Shown: positions 1 to 11,600 of the stretch, one piece after another
Numbering within the stretch: position 1 is the stretch's first letter
Layout: each line of letters begins with the position of its first letter
Assembly: GCF_009914755.1 (NCBI RefSeq)
Contig: NC_060933.1
Length of the DNA stretch: 64,000 bases
From: the human T2T-CHM13v2.0 reference genome, Homo sapiens
Reading direction: 5' to 3' (one strand)
The notes under the pieces: generated by a model
What the model was told of the DNA's origin: nothing
Seen by the model: the letters and a program-made list of their open reading frames with translations, nothing else
Database searches by the model: none
Position numbers and translations under genes: made by a program

Positions 1-3000
1 ACATCACCTGTGTGATCACTTCAGAGATATGTCAAAATGCCCCTGTAGGCAGAGCCTAGACAAGAGTCTCATCACCTGGGTGATCAGTGCAGAGTTATGT
101 CACAATGCCTCCCTTTGGCAGAGCCTAGACAAAGTTAAATCACCTGGGTGATTAGGGCAGTGATATGTCACAATGCCACCTGTAAGCAGATCCCAGACAC
201 TAGTGGCATAACCTCGGTTATCAGTGCAGACATATGTCTCAAAACACCCTGTCGGGGAAGCCTATTCAAGAGTTACATAATATCGGTGATCTGTGCAGTG
301 ATATGTTAACATGCCCCTGAAGGCAGAGCCTAGGCAAGAGTTACATCACCTGGGTGATCCGTGCAGAGATATCTCACAGTAACCCTCTAAGCAGAGCCAA
401 GGCAACAGTTACATCACCTGCGAGGTAAGTGCAGAGATATGTCATAAATCTCAAAGAAGGCAAAGCCTAGACAAGTTTTACAATACCTCAGCGAGCAGTG
501 CAGCGATATTTCCCAATGTCCCTCTAGGCAGAGCTTAGACAAGAGTCACATGTCCTGGGTGATCAGTGCAGAGATAAGTAACAATGCCTCCATAGGAAGA
601 GCCTAGACAAGAGTTACCTAACCCAGGTGATCCGAACAGAGTCATGTCACAAAGCCCTCTGTAGGCACAGAGTAGAAAACCGTTACATCACCTGGGTGAT
701 CATCGCAGAGGTATGTCACAATGCCCCCTGTAGGCAGAGCATAGAGAAGAGTTGCACCACCTGGGTAATCAGTGCAGAGATATGTCACAATGTCCCCTGA
801 AGGCAAAGGCTAGGCAAGGGTTACATCGCGTTTGTCATCAGTTCAGGGATATGTGAAAACGACCCTGGAGGCAGGGCATAGGCAACTGTTATATCCCCTA
901 ATGATCGGTGCAGAGATATTTCACAATACTCCTGTAGGCAGATCCTAGTCAAGAGTTGAATCACCTGGGTGATCAGTGCAGAGATATGTCACAAAGCTCC
1001 TGTAGGCAGAACTTAGATGAGTTACATCACTTGGGTGATCAGTGCAAAGCTATGTCACACAGCCCCTGTATGCAAAGCCTAGACACTATTTACATCACTT
1101 ACTTGGGTGATCAGTGGCGAGATCTCTTACAATTCCCCTGTAGGCAGAGCTTATACAACAGTTTCATCACCTGAGTGATCAGTGCAGAGGTATGTCACAA
1201 TGCCCCCATAGGCAGATCCAAGACAAGGGTCCGTCACCTGGGTGATCAGAGCAGAGATATGTGAGAATTCCCGTGTAGGCAGAGCCTCGACAAGTGTTAC
1301 ATAACCTAGGTTATCAGTGCCACTATAAATCATAAAGAATCCTGTAGGCAGAGCATAGACAAGAGTACCCTCCCCAGAGTGATCAGTGCAGAGATGTGTC
1401 ACAAAGCCCATGTAGGCAGAGCCTTGACAAGAGTTTCATCACTTGGTGGATCAGTTCACAGATGTGTCAAAATGTCCATGTAGGCAGGTCTAAGACAAGA
1501 GTCCATCACCCGGGTGATCAGTGAAGGGATATGTACTAATGTCCCCTGCAGTCAGTGCCTAGACAAGAGTTGCCTCACCTCAGAGATCAGTGCAGAGATA
1601 TGTCACAAAGCCTCCTGTAGGCCAAGCCCATACAAGGCTTACATCTCCTAGGTGACCAATAGAGTGATATGTCACAAAAGTCCCTGAAGACAGAGCCTAG
1701 GAAAGAGTTACATCACCTGGTTTTTCAGCGCAGATACTTGACACAATGCCCCCATAGACAGAACCTAGACAAGACTTCCATCACCTGGGTGATCAGTGCA
1801 GAGATATGTCACAATGTCCCCTGTAGGCAAAGGCTAGGCAAGGGTTACATCGCGTTTGTCATCAGTTCAGGGATATGTGAAAACGACCCTGGAGGCAGGG
1901 CCTTGGCAAGTGTTATATCCCCTAATGATCGGTGCAGAGATATTTCACAATACTCCTGTAGGCAGATCCTAGTCAAGAGTTGAATCACCTGGGTGATCAG
2001 TGCAGAGATATGTCACAAAGCTCCTGTAGGCAGAACTTAGATGAGTTACATCACTTGGGTGATCAGTGCAAAGCTATGTCACACAGCCCCCTGTATGCAA
2101 AGCCTAGACAATATTTACATCACTTACTTGGGTGATCAGTGGCGAGATCTCTTACAATTTCCCTGTAGGCAGAGCTTATACAACAGTTTCATCACCTGAG
2201 TGATCAGTGCAGAGGTATGTCACAATGCCCCCATAGGCAGATCCAAGACAAGAGTCCGTCACCTGGGTGTTCAGAGCAGAGATATGTGAGAATTCCCGTG
2301 TAGGCAGAGCCTCGACAATGTTACATAACCTAGGTTATCAGTGCCACTATAAATCATAAAGAATCCTGTAGGCAGAGCATAGACAAGAGTACCCTCCCCA
2401 GAGTGATCAGTGCAGAGATGTGTCACAAAGCCCATGTAGGCAGAGCCTTGACAAGAGTTTCATCACTTGGTGGATCAGCTCGCAGATGTGTCAAAATGTC
2501 CATGTAGGCAGGTCTAAGACAAGAATCCATCACCCGGGTGATCAGTGAAGGGATATGTACTAATGTCCCCTGCAGTCAGTGCCTAGACAAGAGTTGCCTC
2601 ACCTCAGAGATCAGTGCAGAGATATGTCACAAAGCCTCCTGTAGGCAAAGCCCATACAAGGCTTACATCTCCTAGGTGACCAATACAGTGATATGTCACA
2701 AAAGTCCCTGAAGACAGAGCCTAGGAAAGAGTTACATCACCTGGTTTTTCAGCGCAGATACTTGACACAATGCCCCCATAGACAGAACCTAGACAAGACT
2801 TCCATCACCTGGGTGATCAGTGCAGAGATATGTAACAAATCAACCTGTAGGCAGAGTATAGAGAAGAGTCCCATCACCTGGGTGATCAGTGCAGTGATAT
2901 TTCACAAAGCCCCTGTAGGTAGAGTGGTCAAGAGTTACATAACCTAGGTGGTCTGTGCAGAGCTATGTCAAAATGCCCCTGTAGGCAGAGCCCAGATAAA

Positions 3001-3547
3001 TGTTACATCACCTGGGAGATCAGTGCAGAGATACGTCACAATACCCCCTGTAGGTGGAGCCTAGAGAAGAGTTAGATCACCTGGGTGATCAGTGCAGAGA
3101 TACGTCACAATAACCCCTGTAGGTCGACCTAGACAATAGTTACATCACCTGAGTGATCAGTACAGAAATACGTCACAAAGCCGCTGTAGGCCAAGCCTAG
3201 ACAAGGGTTACATCTCCTGGGTGATCAGTGCAGAAATATGTCAGAAATCCCTGTAGGCCGACCCAAGACAAGAGTTACATCTCCTGGGTGATCAGTGCAA
3301 AGATATGTCACAAAGCCCCCTGCAGACAAATCCCAGAAAATTGGTACATAACCTGGGCGGTCAGTAGAGATATCTGTCACAATCCCCTTTAGGCGCAGCT
3401 TAGTCAAGCGTTACATCACATGACTGATCAGTGCAGAGATATGTCGCTGTGCCCACATAGGCAGATCCAAGACAGGAGTCCATCTCCTGGCTGATCAGTG
3501 CAGAAATATGTCACAATGCCGACAGTAGGCAGATATAGACAAGTATT
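1..3547 (+). repeat. Variant HOR, 52-mer (3,547 bp): m1-m27 with one monomer deleted, then re-entry at m13 through m38
   Basis: After m27 the sequence at 1779-1850 continues as m13 (GTCCCCTGTAGGCAAAGGCTAGGCAAGGG) instead of m28. The MSQKSLK ORF occurs at 1669 and 2693, 1,024 bp (15 monomers) apart. Confidence 0.9.
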
Positions 3548-6070
3548 ACATCACCTGTGTGATCACTTCAGAGATATGTCAAAATGCCCCTGTAGGCAGA
3601 GCCTAGACAAGAGTCTCATCACCTGGGTGATCAGTGCAGAGTTATGTCACAATGCCTCCCTTTGGCAGAGCCTAGACAAAGTTAAATCACCTGGGTGATT
3701 AGGGCAGTGATATGTCACAATGCCACCTGTAAGCAGATCCCAGACACTAGTGGCATAACCTCGGTTATCAGTGCAGACATATGTCTCAAAACACCCTGTC
3801 GGGGAAGCCTATTCAAGAGTTACATAATATCGGTGATCTGTGCAGTGATATGTTAACATGCCCCTGAAGGCAGAGCCTAGGCAAGAGTTACATCACCTGG
3901 GTGATCCGTGCAGAGATATCTCACAGTAACCCTCTAAGCAGAGCCAAGGCAACAGTTACATCACCTGCGAGGTAAGTGCAGAGATATGTCATAAATCTCA
4001 AAGAAGGCAAAGCCTAGACAAGTTTTACAATACCTCAGCGAGCAGTGCAGCGATATTTCCCAATGTCCCTCTAGGCAGAGCTTAGACAAGAGTCACATGT
4101 CCTGGGTTATCAGTGCAGAGATAAGTAACAATGCCTCCATAGGAAGAGCCTAGACAAGAGTTACCTAACCCAGGTGATCCGAACAGAGTCATGTCACAAA
4201 GCCCTCTGTAGGCACAGAGTAGAAAACCGTTACATCACCTGGGTGATCATCGCAGAGGTATGTCACAATGCCCCCTGTAGGCAGAGCATAGAGAAGAGTT
4301 GCACCACCTGGGTAATCAGTGCAGAGATATGTCACAATGTCCCCTGAAGGCAAAGGCTAGGCAAGGGTTACATCGCGTTTGTCATCAGTTCAGGGATATG
4401 TGAAAACGACCCTGGAGGCAGGGCATAGGCAACTGTTATATCCCCTAATGATCGGTGCAGAGATATTTCACAATACTCCTGTAGGCAGATGCTAGTCAAG
4501 AGTTGAATCACCTGGGTGATCAGTGCAGAGATATGTCACAAAGCTCCTGTAGGCAGAACTTAGATGAGTTACATCACTTGGGTGATCAGTGCAAAGCTAT
4601 GTCACACAGCCCCTGTATGCAAAGCCTAGACACTATTTACATCACTTACTTGGGTGATCAGTGGCGAGATCTCTTACAATTCCCCTGTAGGCAGAGGTTA
4701 TACAACAGTTTCATCACCTGAGTGATCAGTGCAGAGGTATGTCACAATGCCCCCATAGGCAGATCCAAGACAAGGGTCCGTCACCTGGGTGATCAGAGCA
4801 GAGATATGTGAGAATTCCCGTGTAGGCAGAGCCTCGACAAGTGTTACATAACCTAGGTTATCAGTGCCACTATAAATCATAAAGAATCCTGTAGGCAGAG
4901 CATAGACAAGAGTACCCTCCCCAGAGTGATCAGTGCAGAGATGTGTCACAAAGCCCATGTAGGCAGAGCCTTGACAAGAGTTTCATCACTTGGTGGATCA
5001 GTTCACAGATGTGTCAAAATGTCCATGTAGGCAGGTCTAAGACAAGAGTCCATCACCCGGGTGATCAGTGAAGGGATATGTACTAATGTCCCCTGCAGTC
5101 AGTGCCTAGACAAGAGTTGCCTCACCTCAGAGATCAGTGCAGAGATATGTCACAAAGCCTCCTGTAGGCAAAGCCCATACAAGGCTTACATCTCCTAGGT
5201 GACCAATACAGTGATATGTCACAAAAGTCCCTGAAGACAGAGCCTAGGAAAGAGTTACATCACCTGTTTTTTCAGCGCAGATACTTGACACAATGCCCCC
5301 ATAGACAGAACCTAGACAAGACTTCCATCACCTGGGTGATCAGTGCAGAGATATGTCACAAATCCCCCTGTAGGCAGAGTATAGAGAAGAGTCCCATCAC
5401 CTGGGTGATCAGTGCAGTGATATTTCACAAAGCCCCTGTAGGCAGAGTGGTCAAGAGTTACATAACCTAGGTGGTCTGTGCAGAGCTATGTCAAAATGCC
5501 CCTGTAGGCAGAGCCCAGATAAATATTACATCATCTGGGAGATCAGTGCAGAGATACGTCACAATACCCCCTGTAGGTGGAGCCTAGAGAAGAGTTAGAT
5601 CACCTGGGTGATCAGTGCAGAGATACGTCACAGTAACCCATGTAGGTGGACCTAGACAATAGTTACATCACCTGAGTGATCAGTACAGAAATACGTCACA
5701 AAGCCGCTGTAGGCCAAGCCTAGACAAGGGTTACATCTCCTGGGTGATCAGTGCAGAAATATGTCAGAAATCCCTGTAGGCCGACCCAAGACAAGAGTTA
5801 CATCTCCTGGGTGATCAGTGCAAAGATATGTCACAAAGCCCCCTGCAGACATATCCCAGAAAATTGGTACATCACCTGGGCGATCAGTGGAGATATCTGT
5901 CACAATCCCCTTTAGGCGCAGCTTAGACAAGCGTTACATCAGATGACTGATCAGTGCAGAGATATGTCGCTGTGCCCCCATAGGCAGATCCAAGACAGGA
6001 GTCCATCACCTGGCTGAACAGTGCAGAAATATGTCACAATGCCGCCAGTAGGCAGATATAGACAAGTATT
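3548..6070 (+). repeat. Variant HOR, 37-mer (2,523 bp), with an m12/m13 fusion
   Basis: The segment TTGCCCTGTAGTCAGAGCATAGAGAAACGTTGC, present at ~6863-6895, is missing at ~4338 and also at ~791. Confidence 0.92.
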
Positions 6071-8664
6071 ACATCACCTGTGTGATTACTTCAGAGATAT
6101 GTCAAAATGCCCCTGTAGGCAGAGCCTAGACAAGAGTCTCATCACCTGGGTGATCAGTGCAGAGTTATGTCACAATGCCTCCCTTTGGCAGAGCCTAGAC
6201 AAAGGTTACATCACCTGGGTGATTACGGCAGTGATATGTCACAATGCCACCTGTAAGCAGATCCCAGACACTAGTGGCATAACCTCGGTGATCAGTGCAG
6301 AGATATGTCTCAAAACACCCTGTCGGGGAAGCCTATACAAGAGTTACATAATATCGGTGATCGGTGCAGTGATATGTTAACATGCCCCTGAAGGCAGAGC
6401 CTAGACAAGAGTTACATCACCTGGGTGATCCGTGCAGAGGTATCTCACAATAACCCTGTAAGCAGAGCCAAGACAACAGTTACATCACCTGCGAGATAAG
6501 TGCAGAGATATGTCATAAATCTCAAAGAAGGCAAAGCCTAGACAAGTTTTACATCACCTCAGCGAGCAGTGCAGCGATATTTCCCAATGTCCCTCTAGGC
6601 AGAGCTTAGACAAGAGTCACATATCCTGGGTGATCAGTGCAGCGATAAGTAACAATGCCTCCATAGGAAGAGCCTAGACAAGAGTTACCTAACCCAGGTG
6701 ATCCGAACAGAGTGATGTCACAACGCCCTCTGTATGCACAGAGTAGAAAACCGTTACATCACCTGGGTGATCATCGCAGAGGTATGTCACAATGCCCCCT
6801 GTAGGCAGAGCATAGAGAAGAGTTGCACCACCTGGGTAATCAGTGCAGATATATGTCACAATTTGCCCTGTAGTCAGAGCATAGAGAAACGTTGCATCAC
6901 CTGGGTGATCAGTGCAGAGATATGTCACAATGTCCCCTGTAGGCAAAGGCTAGGCAAGGGTTACATCGCGTTTGTCATCAGTTCAGGGATATGTGAAAAC
7001 GACCCTGGAGGCAGGGCCTAGGCAACTGTTATATCCCCTAATGATCGGTGCAGAGATATTTCACAATACTCCTGTAGGCAGATCCTAGTCAAGAGTTGAA
7101 TCACCTGGGTGATCAGTGCAGAGATATGTCACAAAGCTCCTGTAGGCAGAACTTAGATGAGTTACATCACTTGGGTGATCAGTGCAAAGCTATGTCACAC
7201 AGCCCCCTGTATGCAAAGCCTAGACACTATTTACATCACTTACTTGGGTGATCAGTGGCGAGATCTCTTACAATTCCCCTGTAGGCAGAGCTTATACAAC
7301 AGTTTCATCACCTGAGTGATCAGTGCAGAGGTATGTCACAATGCCCCCATAGGCAGATCCAAGACAAGGGTCCGTCACCTGGGTGATCAGAGCAGAGATA
7401 TGTGAGAATTCCCGTGTAGGCAGAGCCTCGACAAGTGTTACACAACCTAGGTTATCAGTGCCACTATAAATCATAAAGAATCCTGTAGGCAGAGCATAGA
7501 CAAGAGTACCCTCCCCAGAGTGATCAGTGCAGAGATGTGTCACAAAGCCCATGTAGGCAGAGCCTTGGCAAGAGTTTCATCACTTGGTGGATCAGTTCAC
7601 AGATGTGTCAAAATGTCCATGTAGGCAGGTCTAAGACAAGAGTCCATCACCCGGGTGATCAGTGAAGGGATATGTACTAATGTCCCCTGCAGTCAGTGCC
7701 TAGACAAGAGTTGCCTCACCTCAGAGATCAGTGCAGAGATATGTCACAAAGCTTCCTGTAGGCAAAGCCCATACAAGGCTTACATCTCCTAGTTGACCAA
7801 TACAGTGATATGTCACAAAAGTCCCTGAAGACAGAGCCTAGGAAAGAGATCCATCACCTGGTTTTTCAGCGCAGATACTTGACACAATGCCCCCATAGAC
7901 AGAACCTAGACAAGACTTCCATCACCTGGGTGATCAGTGCAGAGATATGTCACAAATCCCCCTGTAGGCAGAGTATAGAGAAGAGTCCCATCACCTGGGT
8001 GATCAGTGCAGTGATATTTCACAAAGCCCCTATAGGCAGAGTGGTCAAGAGTTACATAACCTAGGTGGACTGTGCAGAGCTATGTCAAAATACCCCTGTA
8101 GGCAGAGCCCAGATAAATGTTACATCACCTGGGAGATCAGTGCAGAGATACGTCACAATACCCCCTGTAGGTGGAGCCTAGAGAAGAGTTAGATCACCTG
8201 GGTGATCAGTGCAGAGATACGTCACAATAACCCCTGTAGGTGGACCTAGACAATAGTTACATCACCTGAGTGATCAGTACAGAAATATGTCACAAAGCCG
8301 CTGTAGGCCAAGCCTAGACAAGGGTTACATCTCCTGGGTGATCAGTGCAGAAATATGTCAGAAATCCCTGTAGGCCTACCCAAGACAAGAGTTACATCTC
8401 CAGGGTGATCAATGCAAAGATATGTCACAAAGCCCCCTGCAGACAAATCCCAGAAAATTGGTACATAACCTGGGCGATCAGTGGAGATATCTGTCACAAT
8501 CCCCTTTAGGCGCAGCTTAGACAGGCGTTACATCAGAAGACTGATCAGTGCAGAGATATGTCGCTGTGCCCCCATAGGCAGATCCAAGACAGGAGTCCAT
8601 CTCCTGGCTGATCAGTGCAGAAATATGTCACAATGCCGCCAGTAGGCAGAAATAGACAAGTATT
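6071..8664 (+). repeat. Canonical 38-monomer higher-order repeat unit (~2,594 bp), representative copy
   Basis: I counted 38 distinct monomers in fixed order. Unit starts are 1, 3548, 6071, 8665, 11259, 13851, 16445, 19039, 21084, 23678, 26273, 28867, 31462, 34056, 36650, 39244, 41838, 44432, 47026, 49619, 52212, 54806, 57402, 59998 and 62594. The spacing is 2592-2596 except for three variants. The ORF track has the same period (e.g. MGFVT ORF ends 4958, 7552, 10146). Each unit has one EcoRI site, in m20. Confidence 0.95.
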
Positions 8665-11600
8665 ACATCACCTGTGTGATCACTTCAGAGATATGTCAAA
8701 ATGCCCCTGTAGGCAGAGCCTAGACAAGAGTCTCATCACCTGGGTGATCAGTGCAGAGTTATGTCACAATGCCTCCCTTTGGCAGAGCCTAGACAAAGGT
8801 TAAATCACCTGGGTGATTAGGGCAATGATATGTCACAATGCCACCTGTAAGCAGATCCCAGACACTAGTGGCATAACCTCGGTGATCAGTGCAGAGATAT
8901 GTCTCAAAACACCCTGTCGGGGAAGCCTATACAAGAGTTACATAATATCGGTGATCTGTGCAGTGATATGTTAACATGCCCCTGAAGGCAGAGCCTAGGC
9001 AAGAGTTACATCACCTGGGTGATCCGTGCAGAGATATCTCACAATAACCATGTAAGCAGAGCCAAGGCAACAGTTACATCACCTGCGAGATAAGTGCAGA
9101 GATATGTCATAAATCTCAAAGAAGGCAAAGCCTAGACAAGTTTTACATCACCTCAGCGAGCAGTGCAGCGATATTTCCCAATGTCCCTCTAGGCAGAGCT
9201 TAGACAAGAGTCACATGTCCTGGGTGATCAGTGCAGAGATAAGTAACAATGCCTCCATAGGAAGAGCCTAGACAAGAGTTACCTAACCCAGGTGATCCGA
9301 ACAGAGTGATGTCACAACGCCCTCTGTAGGCACAGAGTAGAAAACCGTTACATCACCTGGGTGATCATCGCAGAGGTATGTCACAATGCCCCCTGTAGGC
9401 AGAGCATAGAGAAGAGTTGCACCACCTGGGTAATCAGTGCAGAGATATGTCACAATTTGCCCTGTAGTCAGAGCATAGAGAAACGTTACATCACCTGGGT
9501 GATCAGTGCAGAGATATGTCACAATGTCCCCTGTAGGCAAAGGCTAGGCAAGGGTTACATCGCGTTTGTCATCAGTTCAGGGATATGTGAAAACGACCCT
9601 GGAGGCAGGGCCTAGGCAACTGTTATATCCCCTAATGATCGGTGCAGAGATATTTCACAATACTCCTGTAGGCAGATCCTAGTCAAGAGTTGAATCACCT
9701 GGGTGATCAGTGCAGAGATATGTCACAAAGCTCCTGTAGGCAGAACTCAGATGAGTTACATCACTTGGGTGATCAGTGCAAAGCTATGTCACACAGACCC
9801 CTATATGCAAAGCCTAGACACTATTTACATCACTTAGTTGGGTGATCAGTGGCGAGATCTCTTACAAGTCCCCTGTAGGCAGAGCTTATACAACAGTTTC
9901 ATCACCTGAGTGATCAGTGCAGAGGTATGTCACAATGCCCCCATAGGCAGATCCAAGACAAGGGTCCGTCACCTGGGTGATCAGAGCAGAGATATGTGAG
10001 AATTCCCGTGTAGGCAGAGCCTCGACAAGTGATACATAACTTAGGTTATCAGTGCCACTATAAATCATAAAGAATCCTGTAGGCAGAGCATAGACAAGAG
10101 TACCCTCCCCAGAGTGATCAGTGCAGAGATGTGTCACAAATCCCATGTAGGCAGAGCCTTGGCAAGAGTTTCATCACTTGGTGGATCAGTTCACAGATGT
10201 GTCAAAATGTCCATGTAGGCAGGTCTAAGACAAGAGTCCATCACCCGGGTGATCAGTGAAGGGATATGTACTAATGTCCCCTGCAGTCAGTGCCTAGACA
10301 AGAGTTGCCTCACCTCAGAGATCAGTGCAGAGATATGTCACAAAGCCTCCTGTAGGCAAAGCCCATACAAGGCTTACATCTCCTAGTTGACCAATACAGT
10401 GATATGTCACAAAAGTCCCTGAAGACAGAGCCTAGGAAAGAGATCCATCACCTGGTTTTTCAGCGCAGATACTTGACACAATGCCCCCATAGACAGAACC
10501 TAGACAAGACTTCCATCACCTGGGTGATCAGTGCAGATATATGTCACAAATCCCCCTGTAGGCAGAGTATAGAGAAGAGTCCCATCACCTGGGTGATCAG
10601 TGCAGTGATATTTCACAAAGCCCCTGTAGGCAGAGTGGTCAAGAGTTACATAACCTAGGTGGTCTGTGCAGAGCTATGTCAAAATACCCCTGTAGGCAGA
10701 GCCCAGATAAATGTTACATCACCTGGGAGATCAGTGCAGAGATACGTCACAATACCCCCTGAAGGTGGAGCCTAGAGAAGAGTTAGATCACCTGGGTGAT
10801 CAGTGCAGAGATACGTCACAATAACCCCTGTAGGTGGACCTAGACAATAGTTACATCACCTGAGTGATCAGTACAGAAATATGTCACAAAGCCGCTGTAG
10901 GCCAAGCCTAGACAAGGGTTACATCTCCTGGGTGATCAGTGCAGAAATATGTCAGAAATCCCTGTAGGCCTACCCAAGACAAGAGTTACATCTCCAGGGT
11001 GATCAATGCAATGATATGTCACAAAGCCCCCTGCAGACAAATCCCAGAAAATTGGTACATAACCTGGGCGATCAGTGGAGATATCTGTCACAATCCCCTT
11101 TAGGCGCAGCTTAGTCAAGCGTTACATCAGAAGACTGATCAGTGCAGAGATATGTCGCTGTGCCCCCATAGGCAGATCCAAGACAGGAGTCCATCTCCTG
11201 GCTGATCAGTGCAGAAATATGTCACAATGCCGCCAGTAGGCAGAAATAGACAAGTATTACATCACCTGTGTGATCACTTCAGAGATATGTCAAAATGCCC
11301 CTGTAGGCAGAGCCTAGACAAGAGTCACATCACCTGGGTGATCAGTGCAGACTTATGTCACAATGCCTCCCTTTGGCAGAGCCTAGACAAAGGTTACATC
11401 ACCTGGGTGATTAGGGCAGTGATATGTCACAATGCCACCTGTAAGCAGATCCCAGACACTAGTGGCATAACCTCGGTGATCAGTGCAGAGATATGTCTCA
11501 AAACACCCTGTCGGGGAAGCCTATACAAGAGTTACATAATATCGGTGATCGGTGCAGTGATATGTTAACATGCCCCTGAAGGCAGAGCCTAGACAAGAGT

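Noticed and set aside
1321-1335. TATA-like CTATAAAT in m21 of nearly every unit
   Set aside because: It is one diverged monomer position amplified with the HOR. There is no other promoter context and function cannot be supported from sequence.
1669-2693. Exact 1,024-bp offset suggesting an artificial or computational artefact
   Set aside because: It equals 15 monomers of ~68.3 bp, the junction sits in natural homology and the two copies are diverged, so the round number is a coincidence.
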